Virus record (IMG/VR): IMGVR_UViG_3300048852_000127
Span: 1 to 45,096 of that record
Reading direction: 5' to 3' (one strand)
Source of the DNA: a virus
Lineage: Duplodnaviria; Caudoviricetes
DNA length: 45,096 nt
Shown here piece after piece: positions 18,619-28,802 of the stretch (positions are counted from its first letter, which is position 1; the number at the start of each line of letters is the position of its first letter). Both the position numbers and the translations under genes were made by a program. A model generated the notes under the pieces. The model was not told where the DNA came from. It saw only the letters and a list, made by a program, of their open reading frames with translations, and did no database searches.

Positions 18619-19544
18619 GCCACTGCCCTCGTGATCTTGATGCTGCACTGTTCGGTCGGATCGTAGACGGCACGGATCGGCATGCTGACGATCACGTCGT
18701 CGCTCTGGCCGCCGGCGCGCACCTCGCCGTTGCCGAAGATCACCTTCGGCAGCAGGAAGGTGTATTTCTCACCGGATGTGAGGCCGAGCGTGAACGTGAT
18801 CGAGCCGGATCCATGATCGAGGACCTTCTGGTACAGGTCGTTCGACTGGAAATAGGTCTCGATCGTGCCGGTCACGTCGCACATGCCCTCGCCGAGCTCG
18901 TCGGAGTAGACATTGCCGACCAGCGGGCGGTTGCGCAGGTTGTTGGCAATCTGCAGGTTCAGCGTGCGGGTCGGCGGGTTGGTGCCCAGACCCGTCACGG
19001 CAAGGTTCGCCACGCTGGCGGAGGACGACATCACCGGAGTGGCGGCCGGGGCCGCATAGGTGGCGCCTGTCACTGGAGCGTCGTCCAGTTCCTCGCGGAT
19101 GCCCATCAGGTCCATCGTGCCGGTGACGATCTGCCGGGAGGCGATATCGAAGCTGATGGAGTTGACCATTACGCCCATGAAGCGGCGATAGTTTTCCACG
19201 CCGCCGACCGTCAGAGTTTCCTCAAAGGTGAGGCTCTGGCGGGTTATGCCGTTCTTGAGCACGTCCGTGGCCCAGTTGTTGAAGAGAGCCGCCGCGAGAA
19301 TATCGTCAAAGCTGCCATAGGAGAACTCGAACGGGTAAGAGCCCGTCACGTCCATGCCGGTCAGGATCTCGTCGCGAATATTGCGGTCAACCTGAACCTC
19401 CTGAGAGGTCGCCGTCGACTTGTTCGTCCGCAGGCCGCCGCCGGTGGTGCGCAGCGTCTTGAACGAGGGCGTAGCGGGCGTCTGCCCGTAAGCAGTCTCC
19501 GCGACATAAGCGACGCGGCGGCTGGCGCCAGTAGCGTAAGCCAT
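18615..19544 (-). CDS. Major tail tube protein
   Basis: RVAYVAETAYGQTPATP, FEFSYGSFDD, YTFLLPKV. Confidence 0.88.
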   Translation of the reverse strand: MAYATGASRRVAYVAETAYGQTPATPSFKTLRTTGGGLRTNKSTATSQEVQVDRNIRDEILTGMDVTGSYPFEFSYGSFDDILAAALFNNWATDVLKNGITRQSLTFEETLTVGGVENYRRFMGVMVNSISFDIASRQIVTGTMDLMGIREELDDAPVTGATYAAPAATPVMSSSASVANLAVTGLGTNPPTRTLNLQIANNLRNRPLVGNVYSDELGEGMCDVTGTIETYFQSNDLYQKVLDHGSGSITFTLGLTSGEKYTFLLPKVIFGNGEVRAGGQSDDVIVSMPIRAVYDPTEQCSIKITRAVA

Positions 19545-19574
19545 GGGTTTGGTCTCCTGCGATGAAAGGGAAGG

Positions 19575-19985
19575 TCAGCCGATGCGGTCGAACTGGTAGG
19601 GGACGGCAACCGAAAGTTGGAAGTAGTTCCCGATGTCGTTGCGGTCGTCGATGGCGGGCGGCGACGGCGCGAAGGTCTCCACGCCGTCGAAGTGCTTGCC
19701 GCGGAACAGAGCCCGCAGCTCATCGGCCCATTGCAGGCCTTTGGTCACACCGTCGCCGCGCTCCACGTTGATGACGAGCCGGAAGACACCTTCCTCCCGC
19801 CACACGTTCGCACCAGGCGAGCCAACCGAGATCTGCTCTTCGTTCGCCACCGGATACTGCACGGCAATGAAGGCCGAGCCATCCGCCGGGGCATTCTCGT
19901 TCAAGTTCACGCCCACCAGCCGAGCCTTGTTCCAGTTGGCCGCAAGGCGGGCGACCACAGCGTTCACAACGGCTTCGCTCGCCAT
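19575..19985 (-). CDS. Tail terminator-like protein
   Basis: REEG.F, ADELRALFRG, VPYQFD; position before tail tube. Confidence 0.75.
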   Translation of the reverse strand: MASEAVVNAVVARLAANWNKARLVGVNLNENAPADGSAFIAVQYPVANEEQISVGSPGANVWREEGVFRLVINVERGDGVTKGLQWADELRALFRGKHFDGVETFAPSPPAIDDRNDIGNYFQLSVAVPYQFDRIG

Positions 19986-19987
19986 GC

Positions 19988-20677
19988 TTACCTCAACGTG
20001 ATCACGATGGCGGGTGTGCGGAGGGAGTTCTCCAGCTTCTGCGCCGAACGATCCGCCCCGGCTGCCGTAAAGCGACCTCGCCTGTCGCGCGCCGCTGCCG
20101 ATCCAGCCGGCTGATAGGCCATGATGCCGCCTTCGTTCAAAGCCCGATATGAGAATCGGATCGATGCCATGTTGCCGAAACGCTCCTTGGCAAGGGTCGC
20201 CACGGCCTGGAACACGCCATCGGGCGCCTGATCAGACAGGCCGCGCTCGATCTTGCGGGCATAGGGCTGCGTATTCAGGAACACGTATTCCTGCGCCGGC
20301 GGCACCTGTGCGCCCGGATCCACCTCGACGCCATCGGCGAAGAAGACGAAGGAGCGTTGATACTCGCCGGTCAGAACAGGCGCATGAATCACAAGCTGCT
20401 CGCCAATCCAGGCGAAGAGATCGTCCAGAAGCTCGAAGTCGAATACGATCAAACCATCCGGCTTCACGGACTCCAGCGGTGCGCCCTGCCGGCGGTCGAC
20501 GAACGTTTCATGCGGCGGGACGCGGCCGAGTGCCTGCCGATTGATCTCCTGCGCCTCGGCTAGCCGCGCCCTGGCGTAAGACGCCAGACGCACACTCTGC
20601 GCCTGCGGCGAGAGCGACCGCTGCATGATCAACTCGATGTTGCGGTTGATCGGGGTGATGCGCGTGCGAACGGCCAT
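19988..20677 (-). CDS. HK97 gp10-like neck/tail completion protein
   Basis: APVLTGEYQRS, NTQPYARKIERG.S.QAPDGV. Confidence 0.7.
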   Translation of the reverse strand: MAVRTRITPINRNIELIMQRSLSPQAQSVRLASYARARLAEAQEINRQALGRVPPHETFVDRRQGAPLESVKPDGLIVFDFELLDDLFAWIGEQLVIHAPVLTGEYQRSFVFFADGVEVDPGAQVPPAQEYVFLNTQPYARKIERGLSDQAPDGVFQAVATLAKERFGNMASIRFSYRALNEGGIMAYQPAGSAAARDRRGRFTAAGADRSAQKLENSLRTPAIVITLR

Positions 20678-21012
20678 CAACCCCTCACCTGAAGCTCAAT
20701 GCGGACCAGCACATCGTTCATCTTCAGCGGGACCGCCGCCACGATGGAGCGCACGCGCCCGTCGATGGTGATCCAGTCGTTTTCTTGCAGCATACCACCG
20801 GGCCAAGCCTTCAGGCTCGATGGGGACAGGATGACCTTGCTGTCCTTCTGCGTGATGCCGCCGACCAGCTCGTCAGGATCGTACCCGCGCACGTGCGCTT
20901 TGAGCGTAGCGGTCGCAGTCGGCGCGCTGGACGTTCCACGGCGCAGGCTCACGGTCTGCCCGTTCTTCGCAATGGCGCGATCCAGCTTTGCGATGGCCTG
21001 CTGAGGGGTCAT
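20677..21012 (-). CDS. Head closure protein-like
   Basis: GQTVSLRR, ELVGGITQ.D, LQVRG; position. Confidence 0.7.
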   Translation of the reverse strand: MTPQQAIAKLDRAIAKNGQTVSLRRGTSSAPTATATLKAHVRGYDPDELVGGITQKDSKVILSPSSLKAWPGGMLQENDWITIDGRVRSIVAAVPLKMNDVLVRIELQVRG

Positions 21013-21627
21013 TCAGAACAGTCTCGGCATCACGAAGGGCTTGAGCAGACCTTCGGCCTCGGGGTGCGGTAGCGCGGAGCCCTGCCCCGGCATCCAGTAG
21101 TCCGTCCGACTGACGCCATCGACGCTCTCGCTCTTCACGAGAACATCTCGCTGTCGAGCCGAGTAGATGGCGGATGCGATGAGCACCGTTGCCCGCTCAA
21201 CCATCATGGGCAGGTTTCGGCCACTCTCGCCGGGCAGGACGAACCCGGCTGTGTAGGTGATTTCTATCGCGCCCGGGCGCCAGCCGATGACGCTGTGGCC
21301 GGACAGCCGGAAAACCATCCCGGCCCCGCCGTCAAGGCGGAAATCTGTGGCCGCGAGGTCCGCGCCAGCCACGCGAACTCCGTCGACGGCAACCACAGGG
21401 ACCCGCATGAGGATGATGGGGCTGGCGACAGGCCCTAGGAATGTCTCGCGCACCGTCTCTCGGGCAAAAACCCGATTGCAATACTCGGCTACCAGACCAG
21501 AGGCGACATCGATGAGCGCCTCTACTCCAGAATCGTCGAGCTGTTCCGCCGTGACGCCGGTTTCGGCACGGACGGCCGCAACGGTCGTAAGCCGGGTGCT
21601 TGACGCCGGCGTCACAACGGTCAGCAT
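21013..21627 (-). CDS. Head-tail connector (gp6-like)
   Basis: EYCNRVF, ITYTAGF, LL.PF; position after capsid. Confidence 0.78.
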   Translation of the reverse strand: MLTVVTPASSTRLTTVAAVRAETGVTAEQLDDSGVEALIDVASGLVAEYCNRVFARETVRETFLGPVASPIILMRVPVVAVDGVRVAGADLAATDFRLDGGAGMVFRLSGHSVIGWRPGAIEITYTAGFVLPGESGRNLPMMVERATVLIASAIYSARQRDVLVKSESVDGVSRTDYWMPGQGSALPHPEAEGLLKPFVMPRLF

Positions 21628-21629
21628 GA

Positions 21630-21878
21630 TCACTTGTCCTGTTTCAGCTTTTCCGCAACCACCTCGGCTCCGTCCTTGGTCGGATCGTTGAAGTCGATGC
21701 GGTTCTGCAGTTCGGTCGTGTTGGCGCGCGGATTGTCATCCACTGCCGGATGGGACGGGTCCACATCGGCGACGGTCTGGATCGGAGCGCCGGACGGGTC
21801 GAACTCGGTCGCCGGGGCGACGTTCGCCTTCTTCTCGTTGGTCTCCGTCGTGGCAGAGGTCTTCTTGGTAGCAGCCAT
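21630..21878 (-). CDS. Small head-module protein
   Basis: GGAG RBS; HPAVDDNPR, NRIDFNDP. Confidence 0.65.
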   Translation of the reverse strand: MAATKKTSATTETNEKKANVAPATEFDPSGAPIQTVADVDPSHPAVDDNPRANTTELQNRIDFNDPTKDGAEVVAEKLKQDK

Positions 21879-21915
21879 GGTCGTTCTCCATCGATGGGGT
21901 AAGAAGTCCACCTAC

Positions 21916-21940
21916 AAAAAGGGCCCCGGAAAGGGGCCCT
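21916..21940 (-). terminator. Intrinsic terminator after the capsid gene
   Basis: Minus strand AGGGCCCC-tttcc-GGGGCCCTTTTT. Confidence 0.8.
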
Positions 21941-21963
21941 GATCGTCGTCGTTGTGGAGCGGG

Positions 21964-23232
21964 TTAGGCGCCGGTGCCGATCTTCATGACCTTCATGGCA
22001 TTGGGGTTCTTCACGCCGCCGCCGACGCGCTTCGTAGTGTAGAAATGCACGAAGGGCTTGTTGGTATAGGGATCGCGAAGAACACGGATGCCGATGCGGT
22101 CGATGATGAGGTAGGTCTCGGCCATGTCGCCATAGGCGAGCGCCAGATTCCCCGCCGTTGCCGCCGGCATGTCCGGCACGTCCACCAGCTCGGTCCCCGC
22201 CAGCGTGGAAGGCTGGCCCGCCTGGAAGGACGGCTGCCAGAGATAGTTTCCGTTGCCGTCCTTCAGTTTACGGAGAGCGCCGAACGAAAGGCGGTTGGCA
22301 AAGAAGCGGGCATTCGCCTGGTACATGGCCGGAAGGGCGTAGACCATATCGATGACCGCATCGGAGGTGTAGGCCGCGGCAGCGCCGCTGTTGATCACCT
22401 CAATGGCGCCGAATGGATGGCGGGTCGCATTGGCCCCACCGGTGACGTAGGTGAGGAAGCCATAGGGCTTGTTGGCACCATCGCCCGAGACGAAGGCGAT
22501 GCCTTCCTGACGGGCGAACTCGGTATCGACCTCATTGGCGAGCCACTGCTCGATGTCGATAGCCGCGTCGTCGAGGAGCTGCTGGGTTGCAGCCGGGTTG
22601 GCGTAGAGCTCACCCGGGATGAAGTCCAGCTGTCCGATCTGCGGCGTGCTGGTGGCAGGCCGCGGAGCCGTCTCACCGACCCATCCGGAGCCGATCGCGC
22701 GGTCGTTAAAGAGCTTCTTGAAGCCGGCCGTCGAGATCGGCTGCACGGTGGCATACTGCCGGATCGGCGAAACGAGCTTCAGCTTGTTCGTGATCGTGCG
22801 GTCCCATTCCACGGGAGCGAGGTAGCCACCATCCGCGTCCGTCCCCTTCTGAAGGGCGGCGTTCACATCGCCCTTGCGCATGTGAGCCTTGAAGGACTTC
22901 ACATACTCGGGATCCGTGGCCGGAAGGTCGCCGATGCCGGCGCCTCCAAGACTCGCGGCCGCGAGCTTGGCGTTCATTTCGTCAATGGCCTTTTGAGCCG
23001 TGTCGACGGCGCCATCGATGCGATCGATCTTCTCATTGAGAACGGCATCATCGACCTTGCTTTTCAGCTTCTCTTCAAGAGAAGCCCGAAGCTCAGTTAC
23101 AGCCGTCTGAACGGCGGCGATCATCGCCTTGGGATCGGTATTGTCGGCACGAACACCGTTGCCGATGATAGCACGCGGGATGGCGCGAAGGGGATTGGAA
23201 AGGGCGAAAGCGCCCGGCGGGACGTGTCTCAT
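21964..23232 (-). CDS. Major capsid protein, HK97 family
   Basis: DGGYLAP, WVGE, QQLLDDA, YLWQP, VLRDPYT.KPFV.FYTTKRVGG. Confidence 0.96.
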   Translation of the reverse strand: MRHVPPGAFALSNPLRAIPRAIIGNGVRADNTDPKAMIAAVQTAVTELRASLEEKLKSKVDDAVLNEKIDRIDGAVDTAQKAIDEMNAKLAAASLGGAGIGDLPATDPEYVKSFKAHMRKGDVNAALQKGTDADGGYLAPVEWDRTITNKLKLVSPIRQYATVQPISTAGFKKLFNDRAIGSGWVGETAPRPATSTPQIGQLDFIPGELYANPAATQQLLDDAAIDIEQWLANEVDTEFARQEGIAFVSGDGANKPYGFLTYVTGGANATRHPFGAIEVINSGAAAAYTSDAVIDMVYALPAMYQANARFFANRLSFGALRKLKDGNGNYLWQPSFQAGQPSTLAGTELVDVPDMPAATAGNLALAYGDMAETYLIIDRIGIRVLRDPYTNKPFVHFYTTKRVGGGVKNPNAMKVMKIGTGA

Positions 23233-23233
23233 T

Positions 23234-24124
23234 TCAGAGATTCCTCATATTCTGAAGGTCTGCAAGAACTCCGGCGAGGCCGGAATAATCGGTGCCGCCA
23301 GCGCCAGGCGTAGCAGCGGAGTCAATGGCAGCGCCGGGCGTGCCCTTGATTTTGTTGATGCGAGCCCGCGCCTCAGAGCGCGTGAGGCCCGCAGAAACCA
23401 GTTGAAGCTCCATGGCGCGAAGCTCATTGACCTGTCGGTCCTTGGACTGTGCCTCGGTGTCGGTCGTCATCGCATCAGCTGCCAGTAGCGCATCGGCAAA
23501 ACCGCGTTCGATGGCCTGGGAACCGGACATGTAGGTCTCAGCATCCATCCACTTCGCGATATCCTTCGGATCCTGGCCGGAGCGAGCGGCGTAAAGATCG
23601 ACCATGGCCTGGTCAAAGGGAGCCAGCCATTCGGCCGTCTCCGCCATATCGTGCCGGTTCCCGATAGCGAGAACCCAGCAGTTATGGATCATGATGAAGG
23701 AGGCGGCGCCGATCTGGATGTTGTCGCCAGCCATGGCGATGATGGAAGCGGCAGAGGCCGCCATGCCCATGATCTTGACCGTGATGTCCTGGGGATGCTC
23801 GCGGAGGACATTGTAGATCGCAATCCCTTCGAACATGTCGCCGCCCGGCGAGTTGATCTGGATCTCAACAGGGCGGTCGCCGATTGCGCGCAGCTGGGCG
23901 GCGACCTTCTTCGCCGTGATCCCGCCGCCGGTCCAATAATCTTCACCGATTGTATCGAACATGGTGATCACGTTGTCGCCGCGCTCAAGCGCGCGGATGC
24001 CGGCCGCATCCTCCGACCACTTGTCGAAGACATCCGGCTTCGTGAATGCATGAACATCCTGCCGGACCGGCAGAGGCATCGCTGCCGGCCTGGCCATGGC
24101 GAACACCTTCAGGTTACGCGGCAT
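23234..24124 (-). CDS. ClpP-type (S14) prohead maturation protease
   Basis: INSPGGD, GMAASAASIIAMAG, IMIHN, ETYM..AIERGFAD. Confidence 0.93.
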   Translation of the reverse strand: MPRNLKVFAMARPAAMPLPVRQDVHAFTKPDVFDKWSEDAAGIRALERGDNVITMFDTIGEDYWTGGGITAKKVAAQLRAIGDRPVEIQINSPGGDMFEGIAIYNVLREHPQDITVKIMGMAASAASIIAMAGDNIQIGAASFIMIHNCWVLAIGNRHDMAETAEWLAPFDQAMVDLYAARSGQDPKDIAKWMDAETYMSGSQAIERGFADALLAADAMTTDTEAQSKDRQVNELRAMELQLVSAGLTRSEARARINKIKGTPGAAIDSAATPGAGGTDYSGLAGVLADLQNMRNL

Positions 24125-25397
24125 TGCTACCACCTCCATCGGCAGGAATCGTCTGGCCTGCCTTCTGTGTCATGGGATTCACAAGTCCTTTGCCATCGGG
24201 ATGCTCGGGCATGTCGAGCATGTCGCGAACCTCGTTCGCTTCCATCCAGGGCTTATGACCGCCGGCGCCGAGTGCTTTAGCGAAGAACTCGCCCTGGTCC
24301 TTCATGGAGCCGCGGAGCAAGGCCCCGGCATTGAACTTGGCCTCGTATCGATTCTTCTCCGGCCCCACGAGCAGGGAGCGCTCGATGGCCTGCTGCCATG
24401 CCTCGAACCATGGATTCAGCGCATAGCGGACGAAAAACTGCCCCAGCACATCGATACCGGACCCCCAGCTCGTCTCGTCGACCATCAGGAGCGGACGAGG
24501 GATGCCGAACACGCGAGCAATCTCCTCGACCTGTCGCGCGCGCGTCTCGTTGGACTGCGCATCCTTCGGGTTCGGGCCCTTGTTCGCGTACTTGACACCC
24601 TCCTCCAGGATAGGCGTCTTTCCCGCATTATCGGCGCCGCTGTAGCGGGCTTCCCATGAAGCCTTGAGGCGAGCGTAGGCCGTATCGCTCAGGGTTTTGT
24701 CGGTCTCCAGTGTGCCGTCGACGAAACTGCCGTTTTTGAATACACGACCAAGAGCAAGATCCGCAGCGATGGCAAGTCCGATGGCATTTCTCGCCTGCTG
24801 CACGAGCGAAAGACCATTCAGACCATCGAGCGACAGGCCCCGAAGGTGGAAGACCTCTTCGGGTTTGAGGATCCTCTTGCCGCCTTTGATCGGCTGATAT
24901 TCGTAATGGATCGACCAATCATCATTCTGGACGATAGTCACCAGATCTGGATTGAGCGGCACGAGCCTGATGATCCGCTCTTCTCTGCCCCGCAGGTCCC
25001 GGGAGCGCACGATCATGGCATAGGCATTGCCCTTCACGAGGGCCCGGAGTTGCATCAAGGTGCGGAAATCGAACGCCGTCTGCCAGTTGTTCGGCTCCCG
25101 GTGCAGGATCTGGAAGAGCGGATGGTCCTTCGCCTTCTCCTTGGTCTCGCTGTCGATCAGATGCAGCGGCAGCATCCCAATAGAGTACGAAATCAGGCTC
25201 ACCGAACGAAAAACGGCCGGATTCGCCAGGGCATTCGTGACACTGACTGTAACACCCGAGGAAGATTCCAGCCCATCGCGCAGAAACTGCACGAGTGCGG
25301 GGTCATCCAAGGCGTAAAACTCAGCTGCGGCTTTCGGCGCTGAATCGCGTAGTTCTGCCTTCGCCGGTTGAGGCCTGAAGAAGTCAAAGAAGCCCAT
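24114..25397 (-). CDS. Portal protein, HK97 family
   Basis: PNNWQTAFDF, GNAYA, HLRGLSLDG..GLS, EIARVFGIP, NEVR. Confidence 0.95.
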   Translation of the reverse strand: MGFFDFFRPQPAKAELRDSAPKAAAEFYALDDPALVQFLRDGLESSSGVTVSVTNALANPAVFRSVSLISYSIGMLPLHLIDSETKEKAKDHPLFQILHREPNNWQTAFDFRTLMQLRALVKGNAYAMIVRSRDLRGREERIIRLVPLNPDLVTIVQNDDWSIHYEYQPIKGGKRILKPEEVFHLRGLSLDGLNGLSLVQQARNAIGLAIAADLALGRVFKNGSFVDGTLETDKTLSDTAYARLKASWEARYSGADNAGKTPILEEGVKYANKGPNPKDAQSNETRARQVEEIARVFGIPRPLLMVDETSWGSGIDVLGQFFVRYALNPWFEAWQQAIERSLLVGPEKNRYEAKFNAGALLRGSMKDQGEFFAKALGAGGHKPWMEANEVRDMLDMPEHPDGKGLVNPMTQKAGQTIPADGGGSNAA

Positions 25398-25402
25398 CCG
25401 CC

Positions 25403-27238
25403 TCACACCATTCGGATGCCGCGCGTCTCGTAGACACTCGGCCCAAGTCCTTGAAGGTCCGCATCCGCCGCACCCGTCGCCATGGCTATCGTCACCAGTC
25501 CGTCGATTCGACCGCGCGACCGCTTCTTGTCGAAGGCGCGGTTCTTCTGCCCGTCACTGGCGAGGGCAGCGTTTGCCGCGCAGGAGTAAGTCACTGGCGA
25601 GGCATCAATCGTGATGCCTCCGGTGAGGATCCGGTCCTCAAGCCGCTCAATGGACCGCGGCATGCAGAGCTGCTTGTCCTCGAACATGACCCGCGTGCCC
25701 TGCGCATGGCTCACGAGCTTGAGCCCCTGCCCTTCGGGCTTGTCCGGTCCTTCGTATTTCCAGACATCGAGGCCCACGTCCTCGCAGGCCTTCATGAAGT
25801 CCGCCATGCCGGCCGGATCGAAAGCCAGGAACTGCACATCATGCTCGGCGACGATCTTCGCCACCTGCTGCGCGACATAGGTCTTGTCGATCACTGCACC
25901 ATCGACGGCTGTCAGGTGCTTGTCGGCCACCCATTGCTCGTACGGCGCCTGATCGGCGCGCGCCCGGTCCGCCAGTCCCTGCTTCGTGGTCCAGTACCAG
26001 GTCTTCGCCCAGAGATGCCCGTCGTCATCGATCCAGACCGCCGTCAGGGCCGTCAGGTCATTCTTCTGCGACAGATCCAGCGAGAGCCAGCAGCGGCAGC
26101 CTTTCAGTTCCTCCGGGTCAACTTTCCCCTGAACGTCGGACCATGCTTCCTCCGCAATCCAGAAGTCGATGGCACCAATCGGAATGCCGAAGTAGAGGCG
26201 CTTGACCGACAGGGCCGTCGAGAGCAGCTGGCGGGCTGTGTTGACCTCGCCTCGGATGTTCTCAATCGGGAACGTCACGCCGAGTGCCGGCAAAGCCTTT
26301 GCCCAGACCTGCTCGTTGTCGAAGATCGTCTCCCGGTCCGCCTTGTCGACCCGGGCGATGAAGGCGAAGGCCTCATCATCCCTGATCTCGCCCTTGGCCA
26401 CCTTCTGGTAGAACTCGCTGTATTCCGTCCCGACGATCTGCGTCGAAGCCGGGGTGTTGGTGCCCAGCAGCATGATCGCGTCACCTGGCATCTTCGCAAT
26501 GGCGCGGCGCCAGGTCTCAATCGATGTGCCGTGCTTGAATTCGTGGATCTCGTCGGCCAGCACCGCAGTCGGGCGCGGACCCGAGATGGCCTCGCCGTTG
26601 GCAAGCGACTGGAACTTGGAGCTCGTCTCCGGGTGCTCGATCTTCCAGGCGTTGTCGCCCTCGCCGCGGATGACGACCTCGCCTCTCTCCTCGAGAGTGT
26701 CCGACTCGTCACCGCCAGGGATCGGAGCCCGGCACATTGCGACAGCGTCCTTGAACAGCACGTTCGCCGTGGCCCGGTCCTGACCGATGGAGTAGATCTC
26801 CGAACGCGGGATGCCGTAATAGCCCATCAGGTAGATCCCGATGGCGGCCATCAGCGGCGATTTCGCCTGCCCCTTTCCTGTCTCCAGCCAGCCGGCGCGG
26901 AACCGCATCCGGCCACTATCCTTGCGCCATCCGAACAGCGAGCCGATGACGAAGGTGTGCCACGGCAGCGGGTGGAATGGCTCTCCTGCTTTCGCGCCGG
27001 CCGTCACAGACAGCACCGCCGGGAAGAACCCGAGAGCGTGAGCCGCCTTCTCAGGCGACCAATGTAGCCCGCGGGCCTGCCCGTCCTTCAGATCGCGAAG
27101 ATGGCGCTCGGCCGCGTGCCTGACGATCTCCCCTGCAATGATCCGGCCCTCGACCACATCGACCGCCCATGCGGTCGTCGGGTCATTTGGATACCGGCTT
27201 GAGGTAGGCGTCTGCTGCCCTTTGGGCTTTCTTGCCAC
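25403..27238 (-). CDS. terL: Terminase large subunit
   Basis: Walker A GKGQAKS, Walker B VLADEIH, LDLS..DLTA, RIDG. Confidence 0.94.
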   Translation of the reverse strand: MARKPKGQQTPTSSRYPNDPTTAWAVDVVEGRIIAGEIVRHAAERHLRDLKDGQARGLHWSPEKAAHALGFFPAVLSVTAGAKAGEPFHPLPWHTFVIGSLFGWRKDSGRMRFRAGWLETGKGQAKSPLMAAIGIYLMGYYGIPRSEIYSIGQDRATANVLFKDAVAMCRAPIPGGDESDTLEERGEVVIRGEGDNAWKIEHPETSSKFQSLANGEAISGPRPTAVLADEIHEFKHGTSIETWRRAIAKMPGDAIMLLGTNTPASTQIVGTEYSEFYQKVAKGEIRDDEAFAFIARVDKADRETIFDNEQVWAKALPALGVTFPIENIRGEVNTARQLLSTALSVKRLYFGIPIGAIDFWIAEEAWSDVQGKVDPEELKGCRCWLSLDLSQKNDLTALTAVWIDDDGHLWAKTWYWTTKQGLADRARADQAPYEQWVADKHLTAVDGAVIDKTYVAQQVAKIVAEHDVQFLAFDPAGMADFMKACEDVGLDVWKYEGPDKPEGQGLKLVSHAQGTRVMFEDKQLCMPRSIERLEDRILTGGITIDASPVTYSCAANAALASDGQKNRAFDKKRSRGRIDGLVTIAMATGAADADLQGLGPSVYETRGIRMV

Positions 27239-27614
27239 GTTGCACCTTCGCCGCCTTGCCACGTCGAACAGGCGGGATGCCGAGCTCCACTTCGAGGACC
27301 CTGATCTCCTCGCCTGCCTGGCGCATGATGCTCCAGTACGGATTCACCTGCGGGACCTTGGTCCGCTTCGCCTTCATGATCGTGCCGTGCTCGGCGACTT
27401 CCCTGGCCGCCCGGGTGAACTGCACCCGGTACATCACCAGGCGCTCGATCATGTGGCCGTTCTCGATCGCGAGCGTCTGCGCATCCTGCAGGCTGCGGAT
27501 CACGAGCCCCCACTCGTCGTGGGCAAGAGCAATATCGAGTTCATCAGAAAAGAGCTGCGACCAATCTGGTTCGGCCGGAACGCCGTCGCCGCCCTGAATT
27601 GACGTCAATGTCAC
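27183..27614 (-). CDS. terS: Terminase small subunit, P27 family
   Basis: HG..., QVNPY, ELGIPP.RR. Confidence 0.88.
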   Translation of the reverse strand: MTLTSIQGGDGVPAEPDWSQLFSDELDIALAHDEWGLVIRSLQDAQTLAIENGHMIERLVMYRVQFTRAAREVAEHGTIMKAKRTKVPQVNPYWSIMRQAGEEIRVLEVELGIPPVRRGKAAKVQRGKKAQRAADAYLKPVSK

Positions 27615-27644
27615 GGTTCATCCCCGAAGGGGATGGCCGAAACC

Positions 27645-27735
27645 CCCCTTCCTAAATTTCATCGCAGTGCGAACGGAGGGCCCCGGTCGGTCTCGCCCCC
27701 TATCGGGCGTGAACTTTGTTACCCCCCGGGCTCTG
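27645..27735. other. Candidate cos/packaging region
   Basis: Non-coding, G/C-run-rich segment directly upstream of terS and downstream of the HNH gene, the usual cos position in HK97-like phages. Confidence 0.4.
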
Positions 27736-27746
27736 ATGTGATATCA

Positions 27747-28001
27747 TCACTCTTCGGCAGGGGGCGCCCCGACTTCGACCATGATGGGCGGGTGTGCGGT
27801 GCCGAGGATGCGGACATGCACCGGGGCACCTGCCACGATAGCCGCGATCTCATCGGGTGTCGGGAACCAAGCCGTCGTCATAGCTGGCGTGCCCTCACCA
27901 TTGACGCTACAGTTCAGCAGCTCGTCGCGCACAGGCAGCCCGAGGTACCCTTGTGACTTGCCGAGGATGCGGGTTGCGCCTTCGACCATACCGATCTGCA
28001 T
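27747..28001 (-). CDS. Conserved phage hypothetical protein
   Basis: LPVRD, TAW.PTPDE, HPP motifs. Confidence 0.7.
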   Translation of the reverse strand: MQIGMVEGATRILGKSQGYLGLPVRDELLNCSVNGEGTPAMTTAWFPTPDEIAAIVAGAPVHVRILGTAHPPIMVEVGAPPAEE

Positions 28002-28004
28002 GTC

Positions 28005-28370
28005 TCACCTTCGGTTCCATGGGTGGCTTGGGTCAGTCGGCCTGCCCGTCACATCCACACCCACACACGATAGACCGCGCTTCTCTTCCCTCTGGATTGC
28101 GCTGTCATGGCAGGGCTTGCAGACGCTCTCGAAGGGGCCGCAGATGAAGCGCTGCCAGTTGCCTCCATGCCTGCCGACGTGGTTCACGACTGAGGCCCTG
28201 ACCTTCTCACCCCTCTTGAGGTGGCGCTCGCAGTAAGGCTGGCGCTCTAGCTGGGTCTTCCTGGCCGCCTTCCATTCAGGGGTGTTGTACCAAGCTCTCC
28301 AAGGCTGCTCTGCCCTGCGCTTGGCGTCGTGCTCTCTCTGCCTTGCTTTGTGGTCGAGGGGCTTGGGCAA
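28005..28370 (-). CDS. Terminase-associated HNH endonuclease
   Basis: WYNT.EW..AR, P.C, VVNHV..H.G, CKPCHD, GRPTDPSHPW; TTG start. Confidence 0.85.
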   Translation of the reverse strand: MPKPLDHKARQREHDAKRRAEQPWRAWYNTPEWKAARKTQLERQPYCERHLKRGEKVRASVVNHVGRHGGNWQRFICGPFESVCKPCHDSAIQREEKRGLSCVGVDVTGRPTDPSHPWNRR

Positions 28371-28493
28371 GCGAATATGATGGAGGATGTGGATGAACGG
28401 GAAATGTGGGGATTGCGCGTATGGTTAACGATTGGGTTTGTTCCCCTGCGCGCCTTCTGAAAGGATGTTCCTGCCAATCAGAAGGAGAATTGA

Positions 28494-28802
28494 ATGGCAG
28501 CATTTATCGCGAGTTATGACCTGCAGGAAACCAACCCGAGCCCTCACGCTAAATTCTTAGAGAAGGCCCGAGAAAACGGCTGGAACTACTGGATTCTGGC
28601 TGGTGGCACTGAGTGGCACCGTCTTCCGAATACTACGCTCGTTGGGAATTTCCCTGATATGAACGCAGCAGTCGCTGCCCTGAAGAAAACGCGGTCCGAC
28701 ACTGAAGCCGCACTAGGCCGAACAGTTACAATGCCAAAGTGGATCGTTTCAGAGCGCGCCAAATCAATTGTCGTCAGCGATGAGCGCCAGCCTAAGAAAT
28801 GA
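28494..28802 (+). CDS. Small ferredoxin-fold protein, GhoS/Cas2-like (tentative), moron
   Basis: GGAG RBS; FIASYDL ... GW.YWI..G..WHRLPNTT pattern. Confidence 0.55.
   Translation: MAAFIASYDLQETNPSPHAKFLEKARENGWNYWILAGGTEWHRLPNTTLVGNFPDMNAAVAALKKTRSDTEAALGRTVTMPKWIVSERAKSIVVSDERQPKK

Noticed and set aside
10385-27067. Long alternative ORFs (e.g. 10385-11539, 12392-13597, 15566-16498, 21952-23313, 25451-27067)
   Set aside because: They read as shadow frames of GC-rich structural genes and carry no recognisable motifs.
28421-28440. CtrA binding site
   Set aside because: Only a TTAACCAT half-site; no TTAA-N7-TTAA.
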